From assembly GCA_041484665.1 (NCBI GenBank), contig JBGPIA010000008.1, positions 22,398-86,397 on the forward strand: 64,000 nucleotides of DNA. Direction: 5' to 3'. Positions within the stretch are counted from its first letter, which is position 1. The number at the start of each line of letters is the position of its first letter. The DNA is from Candidatus Krumholzibacteriia bacterium (lineage in GTDB: Bacteria; Krumholzibacteriota; Krumholzibacteriia; JAJRXK01). A program made the translations under genes and the position numbers. Positions 37,904 to 47,058 of the stretch are shown piece after piece. The notes below the pieces were generated by a model. That model had not been told where the DNA came from, ran no database searches, and worked only from the letters and a program-made list of their open reading frames with translations.

Positions 37904-38899
37904 ATGGGAACCAACCGTCTGCTGCGCCTCAACGAGCTGGTGGACGAGGTCTCGACCCTGCCGGCCGTCGCCGCCCAGGTGATCTCCCGCGCCAGCGATC
38001 CCGAGATCGAGCTTTCCGAGCTCGCCGAGATCATCGAGAAGGACACCGCGCTCACCCTGCGCTTCCTCGCCCTCGCCAACAGCGCGGCGATGGCCCGCGG
38101 CCACGAGGTGACGGAGCTGCGGCCGGCCCTCGTGCGCCTGGGCCTGGACCGCGTCCGGACGATCTCGCTGTGCGTCACGCTGCACGACGTCTTCCCGTCG
38201 CGGCCGGCCGTGAGCGACCCCGATTTCGACCGCGTGGCCTTCTGGAAGAACATCCTGGGCGTGGCCACCAGCGCCCAGATCCTCGCGCAGCACACCGCCA
38301 AGGGGGCCGAGCAGGAGTCCTACCTGGCCGGGATCCTCCACGACGTGGGCAAGTCCGTCCTCGACCAGAAGGAGCACGTGCAGTTCACGAGGGCGGTGCG
38401 TCTGGCGCGCGACAAGCAGATCCCGCTGCCGGCGGCCGAGGAGATGACTTTCGGCTTCAATCACGCGGAGCTGGGGGCGCGCATCCTCAGCGAGTGGAAC
38501 CTCCCCGAGCTGCTCGTGCAGGTGGTCCGCTACCACCTCGAGCCTGGCCGGGAGCAAGGGGTGCTGCCCGAGGCGCGGCGCGTGATCGGGCTGCTCAACG
38601 ACGCCGTCCAGATCTGCCGCTCCATCCACCTCGGCGACGACGGGGAAAGCGATCTGCCGCTGACCTTCAACCAGCTCCTGCAAACGCTGCGCATCAACAG
38701 CCGCCAGCTCGAGCAGCTGGTCGTCAAGGTGCAGTCGGAGGTCGAGCAGACGGCGAACCTGCTGGAGCTGGAGGTCACCGAGCCCGCGCAGTACCTGCGC
38801 GCGCTGCAGGTGGCCAACCGCGAGCTCAGCCGTATCGGGCTGGAAGGGCTGATGCAGGAGCTTATGCAGTGCCCCGAGGGCGAAGTGTTCGTGCCCTGA
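37904..38899 (+). CDS. HDOD-domain signalling protein
   Basis: Internal ATG with GGAGG 6 nt upstream; LPAVAAQVI...LSELAEIIEKDTALTLRFLALANSA...GILHDVGK pattern of HDOD. Confidence 0.75.
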   Translation: MGTNRLLRLNELVDEVSTLPAVAAQVISRASDPEIELSELAEIIEKDTALTLRFLALANSAAMARGHEVTELRPALVRLGLDRVRTISLCVTLHDVFPSRPAVSDPDFDRVAFWKNILGVATSAQILAQHTAKGAEQESYLAGILHDVGKSVLDQKEHVQFTRAVRLARDKQIPLPAAEEMTFGFNHAELGARILSEWNLPELLVQVVRYHLEPGREQGVLPEARRVIGLLNDAVQICRSIHLGDDGESDLPLTFNQLLQTLRINSRQLEQLVVKVQSEVEQTANLLELEVTEPAQYLRALQVANRELSRIGLEGLMQELMQCPEGEVFVP

Positions 38900-38984
38900 C
38901 CGCCCGGGACACCAGCTACGACAGCCCTACGCCCTCGCTGACGTCCGCCATAGCCCTGCGGCTTTGCCGCCGTCCACGACGCCG

Positions 38985-39623
38985 CTACGCCGGCGTCGCC
39001 ACCCACCGATCGAGCTCCCGCTCTAGCGCTGTCACGTCGGCGACCCAGTTGAGGTGCGCAATGAACCCGTCGCCCACCTCGGGCAGCTCCTGGATGGCCT
39101 CAGCGAGCGGGCGCCAGGGATGCTCGAACACCCAGATCGGCCCGCGCACCTGACCGATCGTCGCCAGGCACCAGGCGGTCGTGAGCTCGGACAGCGTTCC
39201 CAACCCGCCGGGGAGCGCCACGAAGGCATCCCCGTGGCGCACCATCGAGCGCATGCGGGCAAGGTAGTCGGGCTCCACGCGGTGCTCGCTCAAGAACGAG
39301 TTGGGCTCGCGGTCGCCGAAGATCGAGGTGGTGATTCCGACCACCGCCCCCCCGGCCGACGAGGCGCCCCGGCTGGCTGCACCCATCGCGCCCTCGTAAC
39401 CGCCCGAGACCAGCCCCAGGCAGCGCTCCGCCACCGCGCGGCCGACGGCGTAGGCCAGGCGGTAGTCCTCGCTGTCGGGCGTGATCCGGGAGCTGCCGAA
39501 CACCACGACGTTGCGCCGCTCCACGCGATGTTCCGCGCGCCCTTCGCCGCGCCCTTCCCCACCGCGTTCCGCCCGCCCTTCCGCGCTGCGCTCCACGTGC
39601 CGCTGCGCGCCCCGTTCTGCCAT
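38985..39623 (-). CDS. LOG-family protein (TIGR00730; cytokinin riboside 5'-monophosphate phosphoribohydrolase-like) with repetitive N-terminal extension
   Basis: ORF track; GGYEGAMG and PGGLGTLSE motifs; N-terminal AERGAQRHVERSAEGRAERGGEGRGEGRAEHRVERR low-complexity repeats. Confidence 0.8.
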   Translation of the reverse strand: MAERGAQRHVERSAEGRAERGGEGRGEGRAEHRVERRNVVVFGSSRITPDSEDYRLAYAVGRAVAERCLGLVSGGYEGAMGAASRGASSAGGAVVGITTSIFGDREPNSFLSEHRVEPDYLARMRSMVRHGDAFVALPGGLGTLSELTTAWCLATIGQVRGPIWVFEHPWRPLAEAIQELPEVGDGFIAHLNWVADVTALERELDRWVATPA

Positions 39624-39749
39624 GTCCGGCCTTTCTGCGCGGGCGGCTCCCGGTCAGGGGCCGCCTGGCGCGACCTGTGCTATCGTGGGCCGCGGAGGCG
39701 CCGGGTGTGGGCCCGCCCCTCCTCCCCAACGCCCCGACCCTGCGAGCAG

Positions 39750-40565
39750 ATGTCACCCATGCGGCGATCGCGCGTCTGGAAAACCGGCACAGGATACGGC
39801 CTCAGCCCCGGTCTGCCCATGACCCCCGTGGTCAAGGCGCTGCTGATCGCGAACGTCGGGATCTATGTCATCGGCCTCCTGGCCCACTGGGGCGCCGAGG
39901 TGAGCTTCGGCCTGGTGCCCGCCGAGGTGTGGGGCCACCTGCAGCTGTGGCGGTTCGTGACCTACATGTTCCTGCACGGTGGCACGCTCCACCTGCTGTT
40001 CAACATGCTCACGCTGTGGATGTTCGGGACCGCCGTCGAGGCGGCGTGGGGCAGCGGCGCCTTCCTGCGGTACTACCTGCTGTGCGGCGTGGGCGGCGCG
40101 ATCACCACCTGCGTCGCGTCGCCCCACAGCCCGCTCATCACCATCGGCGCGAGCGGCGCGGTGCTGGGCATCCTGCTGGCGTATGGAATGACCTTTCCAG
40201 ACCGCGAGGTGCTCTTCTACATGGTCTTCCCGCTGAAGGCCAAGTATCTGGTGGCGATCTTCGTGGCCATCGACCTGATCGGCGTGCTATCCCAGGCGCA
40301 GGATGGCATCGCCCACTTCGCCCACGTGGGGGGCATGCTGTTCGGCTTCGTCTACCTGAAGCTGGATTGGCGCCCCGCGGCCATGACGCGCAAGCTGCGC
40401 GCGACGCGTGCCCGCTGGACCCTGGGCCGGAACATCCGCCGGCACGAGGAGCTGCAGCGGCACGTGCGGACCGTCGACGAGATCCTGGACAAGATCTCGT
40501 CGCAGGGAATCCAGAGCCTCACCGAGCAGGAGCGCAAGATTCTCCGTGAAGCCAGCCGCCACTAG
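39750..40565 (+). CDS. rhomboid-family intramembrane serine protease with cytoplasmic C-terminal tail
   Basis: Internal ATG of the 503-aa ORF (upstream part is antisense to LOG); 6 TM; GASGAVLG serine motif, FLHGGTLHLLFNM, AHxGG histidine helix. Confidence 0.8.
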   Translation: MSPMRRSRVWKTGTGYGLSPGLPMTPVVKALLIANVGIYVIGLLAHWGAEVSFGLVPAEVWGHLQLWRFVTYMFLHGGTLHLLFNMLTLWMFGTAVEAAWGSGAFLRYYLLCGVGGAITTCVASPHSPLITIGASGAVLGILLAYGMTFPDREVLFYMVFPLKAKYLVAIFVAIDLIGVLSQAQDGIAHFAHVGGMLFGFVYLKLDWRPAAMTRKLRATRARWTLGRNIRRHEELQRHVRTVDEILDKISSQGIQSLTEQERKILREASRH

Positions 40566-41340
40566 CCGACCGGCACCGCCCGCGGCCGATCCCTTTCCAC
40601 CGCACGTGCAGGTCCTGCGCGAGCGCCGGCGGACGATCGAGATCTCGTTGCATCAGGGGCAGATGGTCGTGCACGTGCCGCGCCGTCTGTCGCGCGCCGA
40701 GCTGGAGCGCACGCTGCCGGCGCTGCGGGAGCGCCTGTGGCGACAGCTGCGTCGACGTAGCGTGTTCGACAACGACGCGCTGCAAGCCCGCGCCACCCGC
40801 GTCGCGCACACCGTCCTGGGTGACGTGCACCTGCCTCGGTTCACGGCGCGTTTCAGCCGCCGCCAGCACAAGCGGTGGGGGAGCTGCACGGTGGGCCGCG
40901 GCGGGGATGGCCGTCCCTTGGGCAGCATCCTGATCAGCGCGCGGCTGATCGGGCACCCGGTCTGGGTGCTGGACCACCTGCTGCTGCACGAGCTGGCCCA
41001 CCTCCTGGTCAGCGACCACGGCGCGCGTTTCCAGCAGCTGATGCGCCGCTCGCCGCGCGCCGAGCGCGCGGAGGGTTATCTGGAGGCGCTGGAGAACACC
41101 GAGCAGATGGGCGCCCGCTTCGCGGCGTGCGGCACCGACGCCGATGACGCTGACGACGACGACGCGGCGCAGGCGGACGCCGGTGCGGCGCAGGCGGAGG
41201 GGCGGCCGCAGACGCCTTCCGCGGCGCAGGCGCGCCCGCGCTCCACGACGAGCCCACGGAAACGGCCCAGGGTCGCCCCCGGGCCGCTGCCGTTGTTCGC
41301 TTCCCTCGCCGAGGTCGACGCCGTCGATCCGTCGGCCTAG
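40546..41340 (+). CDS. DUF45/YgjP-like zinc metallohydrolase (HELAH motif)
   Basis: ORF track, probable GTG start overlapping the rhomboid 3' end; LLHELAHLLVSDHGARFQQL matches the DUF45 HExxH region; acidic then basic C-terminal tail. Confidence 0.6.
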   Translation: MKPAATSRPAPPAADPFPPHVQVLRERRRTIEISLHQGQMVVHVPRRLSRAELERTLPALRERLWRQLRRRSVFDNDALQARATRVAHTVLGDVHLPRFTARFSRRQHKRWGSCTVGRGGDGRPLGSILISARLIGHPVWVLDHLLLHELAHLLVSDHGARFQQLMRRSPRAERAEGYLEALENTEQMGARFAACGTDADDADDDDAAQADAGAAQAEGRPQTPSAAQARPRSTTSPRKRPRVAPGPLPLFASLAEVDAVDPSA

Positions 41341-41418
41341 GGGCCGGGTCGTCGATCCGCGGCCCACGAGCCCGCGCGCCGGGTGCACGGCCTGGCCGCG
41401 GACCGCCGATCCGCCGGC

Positions 41419-44400
41419 CTACGGAGTGTCATCTGGAGACGGCGTCTTGACCGCGGGGCCCCCCTCGGCCCCACCGCCGGCAGCCGGGGGTCGCGGCAGG
41501 CGCGCGGCACGGCGGCGGCGGCGGCGGTGGCGCGACCGCGCCAGGTCGCCCCCAGGCTCGTCCCCGATGGCGCCTTCGAGCGCCGGCTCGAACACCGGCG
41601 CCTCCTCGACCGAGCCTGGCTCGAGGCTCCAGTTCGCCGGCGGCCCCTGATCGGCGGACGGCCGGACGTCGGCAGGCCTGGCCTCGGCCGGCCTGAAGTC
41701 TGACACCCGGACGTCCGGCGGCCTACCAGCGGCTGCCCTGGGATCGAAAGCCCTGTCGTCGGATCGGCCGTCCGACGGTCTGGAGTCGGTCCTTGAGTCC
41801 GATGGCTTGGACTCGTCCGCCGGGCGCCCGGACTCGGCCCTGCGCCCGCCCTTGCCGCGCGCGTCGCTGCGTGCGTCGCCGCGCACCGGCCTGGATTCCT
41901 CCTCGCGCACAGGCGCACCCTCCTCGCGCACAGGCGCGCCCTCCTCGCTCCGGCGGGCCGCCGCGAATCGTGACCGGCGCCGGCGCCGCGACCGTCCAGA
42001 CAGCCCTGCGTCGGGTTCCCGCAGCACTGCTCCCGCGATGTCGCCGACCTCCTCGTCCCCACCCGTTTCCGGGCCCGTCCTCACACGGAAGTCGTCGTCC
42101 AAATCTGCGCCCGGCGCATCGAAGGGCAGCTCCGCCGGGCGGGCGCGCTCGAGCGGTGATCCCGTCGAACGCTCGCCCCCGATGGATTCGCCCTCAGCCT
42201 CCGGGCGCCCGGTCTCCGGCCCCCCCGGACGCTCCTCACTGCGGCGGCGTCCACGCCTGCCACGGCGTCCACGCGGGCGATCCTCGGCCGTCTCTGGCCG
42301 CGGGGCGCCGGTGTCGCGCGCATCCACCCGATCGTCACGATCGTCTCCGGCGGCAGCGCGCCGGGCGCGATCGCGACGTCCTTCCAGCTCGGGAGGCGTC
42401 GCGGCCTCGTCGGACCGGGCACCTGGTACCCGCCCGGAGCGAACGTCGCGCCCCGCGCGCTCGGTGCCGCGGTCCCGCCCGCGGTCGCGACCGCGACCAC
42501 GGTCCCGGCTGACGTCACGATCGCGGCTGACGTCGCGAGTCGCGTCGCGGTCGCGGCTGACGTCGCGAGTCGCATCGCGGCTGACGTCGCGGGTGGCGTC
42601 GCGGGTCGCATCGCGGCTGGCGTCGCGGTCAGGGGTCACATCGCGGTTCGTGTCGCGGTCACGGGTCACATCACGGGTAGTGTCGCGCGTGGCGTCCCGA
42701 TCGCGGTCACGACCCCGGCCACGCTCACGTCCGCGCCCGCCCTCCGCCGAGGCTTGCGCCGAGCGTCCCCGCCCGCGCGCGCCCCCCCGCTCCGCCATCC
42801 GCCCGCCACCGCGCTCGCCGTCGGCGCGCTCGCCGCGCTCCCGGCGCTCACCGCGCTCGGCACGGTCGCCGGGCTCGGCGTGCTCGCCGCGCTCGCGGCG
42901 ATCGCTCCGGCGGTCGTCGCGCGGTCCGCGCCGCAGCTCGCCGACGTGGCGGCGGCGCGTCTCGAACGCGCCAGCCGGAACCCCGTCGAGCTCGGTGGTG
43001 AGGTCCTTGCGCCGGACCAGCGACACGATCTTGAAATCCTCGCGGTGGATCCGCGGGTCATCAAGGATATCAAGCTTCATGTCGTAGCGGGTGGCGATCT
43101 GCGCGATGCCCTCGTGGCGCTCGTTGAGCAGATGGATGGCCAGGCTTGGATTGGCTTGGACCTGCAGCGTCCGCTCCGCGGTGGTGGCACCCGCCTTGAT
43201 GAGCAAGCGCTCCACTTTGTTCGCCAGTGTGTCCAGCGAGAGCACCTGTCCGGTCCCCTGGCAGAACGGGCAGTCGTCGGAGAGGAGAGTCTGCAGGCTT
43301 TCGCGCACACGCTGGCGGCTCATCTCCACCAGCCCCAGCTCGCTCACGGCGAACGTCTTGGTGCGGCTGCGGTCGAGTCTGAGATGGGTGCGCAGCTCGT
43401 TGAGCACCTTGCGCCGGTCGTTCTCGTTCTCCATGTCGATGAAATCGATCACGATGATGCCGCCGATGTCGCGCAAGCGCAGCTGGCGGGGGATCTCCCG
43501 GGCGGCCATCATGTTCGTCTGGAGGATCGTCTCCTCCTGGTTCTTCTTGCCGGTGTAGCGGCCGGTGTTCACGTCGATGGCGACCAGGGCCTCGGCCTCG
43601 TCGATGACGATGTAGCCGCCCTTCTTCATCCAGACCTTCCGCTCCAGGCTGCGCTTGAGCTCGGCCTCGATGCCGAACTTGTCGAAGATGGGTGAGTCGC
43701 CGGCGTAGTAGTGGATGCGATCTTTGAGCTCCGGGGCAAAGGTCTTCACGTACTCGACCAGGCGCTGGTGGTCCTCCTTGTTGTCGATGTGCAGCGCCGT
43801 GACGTCGTCGGTGAAGATGTCGCGCACCATTCCCACCATCAGACCGACGTCCTCGTGGACCAGGGCAGGAGCCTTGGCCGGGGTGGCCCGCTCCTTGAGC
43901 TGATCCCACAGGTTGCGCAAGTACTCCATGTCGTTGCGCAGAAGCTTTTCGCTGATCCCCTCGCCGGCGGTCCGCACGATGTAGGCGCCTTCGGCCGGAC
44001 GCAGGCTGGCGAGCAGCTCCTTGAGCCGCCCCCGCTCCGTGCGATCCTCGATCTTGCGGCTGACGCCCACGTGGTCGCCCATGGGCATCAGCACCAGGAA
44101 CCGCCCGGGCAGGCTGATGTCCGCCGTGAGACGGGGCCCTTTGGTGCCGATGGCTTCCTTGGTGGCCTGGACGAGGATGGTGTCCCCTTCCCTGATCATG
44201 CTCTCGATTGGGCGCAGGCCCTCACGCGGGCGGCCGCGCCCGCGGCGGCCACGGCCCGCTTCCTCGTCGTCATCGGGCGAGTCGTGGACCAGGTCGCTGA
44301 CGTGGAGGAAGCCGGCCTTGTCGACCCCGATATCGATGAAGGCGGCCTGCAGCCCGGGACGGACTGCGGTCACCACACCTTTGTAGACGTTGCCCACCAT

Positions 44401-44511
44401 GCGCCGCGAATCGGCGCGCTCCATGGAGAACTCCACGAGGTCGTGATCCTCCAGGATCCCGACGCGGATCTCGTTGGGGGTGGAGTTGACGATGATTTCC
44501 TTTTGCATCAT
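41419..44511 (-). CDS. rne: ribonuclease E/G family (S1 + catalytic core) with ~550-aa Arg/Asp/Glu-rich repetitive C-terminal scaffold
   Basis: ORF track; N-terminal S1 domain MVGNVYKGVVTAVRPGLQAAFIDIG, RNase E core through ~aa 480, zinc-link CPFCQGTG; tail with (A/V)TRD(V/A)(T/S)RD repeats. Confidence 0.85.
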   Translation of the reverse strand: MMQKEIIVNSTPNEIRVGILEDHDLVEFSMERADSRRMVGNVYKGVVTAVRPGLQAAFIDIGVDKAGFLHVSDLVHDSPDDDEEAGRGRRGRGRPREGLRPIESMIREGDTILVQATKEAIGTKGPRLTADISLPGRFLVLMPMGDHVGVSRKIEDRTERGRLKELLASLRPAEGAYIVRTAGEGISEKLLRNDMEYLRNLWDQLKERATPAKAPALVHEDVGLMVGMVRDIFTDDVTALHIDNKEDHQRLVEYVKTFAPELKDRIHYYAGDSPIFDKFGIEAELKRSLERKVWMKKGGYIVIDEAEALVAIDVNTGRYTGKKNQEETILQTNMMAAREIPRQLRLRDIGGIIVIDFIDMENENDRRKVLNELRTHLRLDRSRTKTFAVSELGLVEMSRQRVRESLQTLLSDDCPFCQGTGQVLSLDTLANKVERLLIKAGATTAERTLQVQANPSLAIHLLNERHEGIAQIATRYDMKLDILDDPRIHREDFKIVSLVRRKDLTTELDGVPAGAFETRRRHVGELRRGPRDDRRSDRRERGEHAEPGDRAERGERRERGERADGERGGGRMAERGGARGRGRSAQASAEGGRGRERGRGRDRDRDATRDTTRDVTRDRDTNRDVTPDRDASRDATRDATRDVSRDATRDVSRDRDATRDVSRDRDVSRDRGRGRDRGRDRGTERAGRDVRSGRVPGARSDEAATPPELEGRRDRARRAAAGDDRDDRVDARDTGAPRPETAEDRPRGRRGRRGRRRSEERPGGPETGRPEAEGESIGGERSTGSPLERARPAELPFDAPGADLDDDFRVRTGPETGGDEEVGDIAGAVLREPDAGLSGRSRRRRRSRFAAARRSEEGAPVREEGAPVREEESRPVRGDARSDARGKGGRRAESGRPADESKPSDSRTDSRPSDGRSDDRAFDPRAAAGRPPDVRVSDFRPAEARPADVRPSADQGPPANWSLEPGSVEEAPVFEPALEGAIGDEPGGDLARSRHRRRRRRAARLPRPPAAGGGAEGGPAVKTPSPDDTP
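42480..42720. repeat. tandem ~18-24 nt repeats within the rne tail encoding [AV]TRD[VA][ST]RD units
   Basis: gacgtcgcgagtcgcRtcgcggct repeated on the plus strand. Confidence 0.6.
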
Positions 44512-44523
44512 GCCTCGGCGCGT

Positions 44524-47010
44524 TCACGCGCAGTGTTTGGCTTTGTCTCTCAGCTCACGCTTTGCCGCCGCGATCAGCTCGATCGGTGTCAAGAGCACGC
44601 CGGGCTGCGCCTGGCGGCGCGCGAGGAGGCGGGTCCGACGGACCCGTAGTGTGCGGACGTCCGTGACGAGGTCGCCCAGGAGCAGCGAGAGCAGCTCCAA
44701 CGCGCCCAGCTTCGGCCCGGGTGCGGCGAGGTCCAGCGCAAACGCCAGGACCGCGGCGCCGTCGCCCTGCGGCTTCAGACGGAGTTCCGTGACCCGAGCC
44801 TTGGGATCGATCCCCTCCCGCGACGGCGCCGGCCACTGCCCGCCGTCCTGCAGCTCGCGCACGCGCCGCTCCAGCGCGGCCACGTCCGCCATCCGGTCGC
44901 GCCAGCAGGGCGCGGGGAGGTCAGCCTCGTAGTGGGCGACCACAAGCTGCGTCAGGGATCCGCAGCTCCCCCCGGGCGGGACCCACCGTGCGTGGGTCGC
45001 CTGCAACCCTTCGGGGAGCCACTCGTTGAGCAACGGGAGCAGGTGCGGGGTCTTGTGGGTGAGGCTCAGGTCGACGAATTCCTGACACCCTTCGACCCCG
45101 GCCGGAAGCGGCGGTCCGAACGTCACCTTAGGGCGCGGCCGGGCCACGCCCGAGATGGCCAGCGGGAGCCCCGAGCGCTCGCACGCCAGCAGGAACGCCT
45201 CCGACAGTTCCCTGTGGTTGAGATGGCGCAGCCGTCCGCGCTTCTCATATTGCACGCGATACTCGAAGTAGCGCGGCACCAGCGTCTGCCAACGGCGCCA
45301 GCGATCGGAAAGCGCGCGGACGCCCTCCTCGCGGGCCACCGTGCGTGCGGCAGGAGCGCCGGGCGCGCTGTGCGCCGTTGCCGGCGTCGCGTTCGCCGTC
45401 GATCCGGACTGCTGTCCGGGCTGCTGTGCGGCCTGCTGTTCTGCCACCAGGCCTACCAATCCCTCCAGCCCCGTGCGCTCGGCCGCTGCCTCGGCCGGTC
45501 GCGCCCCAGCGCCGACTTCGCCGGCCACAGCGGCCGCCGTCGTGGGGGCGTGCCCTGAGGCGGCGAGCGCCAGCTGCCACACCTGCCGATCGTGCGCGAG
45601 CGGCCGCCCGGGCGTCAGCGGCGCGCGGCGCACCACGTCCTCCACGACCGTCGCGAGGTCGGCGCTGCCCGCCGCGAGCGCACCGCAGATCCACGCAGTG
45701 TCTTCATCCAGTGGATCCGCCTGCTGCAACGGTCGCGCGCCGTCTCCCTTCAAGGACTCGCGCTGTGCTTCCCAGTCGCGCCACGCCGGCGACGGGTGCG
45801 GCGGAGCATCAGGTGCCAGGTACGGAACCACCGAGATGCTGAGCCCCATTCCCGACGCCGCGCAGAGGGCCTGCAGCTGCTCCACCAAGGGTCGGATCGC
45901 GGCGCGGTCGCGCGCGTCCTCTTGGGGCAGCCCGACCGCGAGCCGAACGGTGAGCTGGCCCTGCTTGCGCGCGAGCAGGCTTTCGCACGCCACCTGCAAC
46001 TCTTGGCCGTCGATCAGACCGAGCGCGGCCCGCAGTCGCGCGCTGGCGGCCCACAGGTGCAGCACCGCGCGCCCGCGCTGCTGCTCCACCCAGGGCGGGG
46101 CCAGGTGCCCCGCGAAAACCGGCAGGGCAACTCTCGCGCTGCCGGAGCTGACCGGCGCAGGGCTGCCGACCGGACTCGTGCTGAGGCCGGGCGCGCTGCC
46201 GATGGCCAGCCCAGCGCTGCCCGGCTGCCCATTGTCGTCGGCCGGCCTGGCGTCGTGCCCGGGTGCTGTGTCGTGGCCTGGTGCTGTGTCGCAGACCTGC
46301 GCCGCGTCGCCGGCCGTGCGACGAGGGTCGATCCGGACGGCGGGCTCGACGGTTCGGCCGGCGGTCGCCAGCGCGCGCAGGCCGCGGCGCAGGTCCGCCA
46401 TCTCGTGGTCGAGCAGGAGAACCACGGCCTGTGCGGCGGCCTCCACCGTGCCGATGGCCAGAACCGCGTCGGCGAACACGCGCGCCAGCTGCGGCAGACT
46501 GGCGGCGCAAGGCCCTGCGGCCAGTAGCAGCGGCGACTGCGCGGCCCGCTCGCTCGCGCGCCCGGCCAGGGCCTGGACTCTCAGAAGCGCCAGAAGACCT
46601 ACGAGCTGGGTCGGCTCCTCCAGCCAGACCAGCCACAGCGGATGCTGGAGCAGCGGGATCCAGTCGGGCAGCGAGAACGGCTGTAGGCGCTGGCGGACGA
46701 GCTCCGCGAGCAGATCCGGTGGCGGGAGGTAGGCGACGTGGAAGGAGACGCCCGCCTGCCGCTCGAGCGCGTCGCGCAGCCGGAACGGGGGCGAGCAGAC
46801 GTCGGCGCTCTCTGGCAGCGAAGGCCAGAGCAGCAGCGGTTGGTGCGTGTTCGCGGGCTCCAGCTCGATCCGGCGAGCCCGCAGTGGCTCGATGAAGCGT
46901 CCCGGGCGCTCAAGACGAGGGAGAATCTCCTCGTCGAGCAGCCGATGCATCCGGGCCAGCTCCGGATCGACCCTTCGCCCGCCAGCCACCACAGGGTGGT
47001 CGTAGGTCAC
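44524..47010 (-). CDS. DUF2344 (TIGR03936, radical-SAM-linked) domain protein fused to a ~600-aa N-terminal extension lacking a CxxxCxxC motif
   Basis: ORF track (GTG start); C-terminal YRVQYEKRGRLRHLNHRELSEAFLLACERSGLPLAISGVARPRPKVTFGPPLPAGVEGCQEFVDL matches the DUF2344 consensus; N-terminal region has coding-like GC3 but no Cys triad. Confidence 0.65.
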   Translation of the reverse strand: MTYDHPVVAGGRRVDPELARMHRLLDEEILPRLERPGRFIEPLRARRIELEPANTHQPLLLWPSLPESADVCSPPFRLRDALERQAGVSFHVAYLPPPDLLAELVRQRLQPFSLPDWIPLLQHPLWLVWLEEPTQLVGLLALLRVQALAGRASERAAQSPLLLAAGPCAASLPQLARVFADAVLAIGTVEAAAQAVVLLLDHEMADLRRGLRALATAGRTVEPAVRIDPRRTAGDAAQVCDTAPGHDTAPGHDARPADDNGQPGSAGLAIGSAPGLSTSPVGSPAPVSSGSARVALPVFAGHLAPPWVEQQRGRAVLHLWAASARLRAALGLIDGQELQVACESLLARKQGQLTVRLAVGLPQEDARDRAAIRPLVEQLQALCAASGMGLSISVVPYLAPDAPPHPSPAWRDWEAQRESLKGDGARPLQQADPLDEDTAWICGALAAGSADLATVVEDVVRRAPLTPGRPLAHDRQVWQLALAASGHAPTTAAAVAGEVGAGARPAEAAAERTGLEGLVGLVAEQQAAQQPGQQSGSTANATPATAHSAPGAPAARTVAREEGVRALSDRWRRWQTLVPRYFEYRVQYEKRGRLRHLNHRELSEAFLLACERSGLPLAISGVARPRPKVTFGPPLPAGVEGCQEFVDLSLTHKTPHLLPLLNEWLPEGLQATHARWVPPGGSCGSLTQLVVAHYEADLPAPCWRDRMADVAALERRVRELQDGGQWPAPSREGIDPKARVTELRLKPQGDGAAVLAFALDLAAPGPKLGALELLSLLLGDLVTDVRTLRVRRTRLLARRQAQPGVLLTPIELIAAAKRELRDKAKHCA

Positions 47011-47058
47011 GGGCGTTTCCGAGCGTCAATGCCATTGGTCGAAGGAGGCGGCGGGTTT

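Noticed and set aside
39054-39749. Upstream half of the 503-aa plus-strand ORF
   Set aside because: Antisense to the LOG gene; rhomboid starts at an internal ATG.
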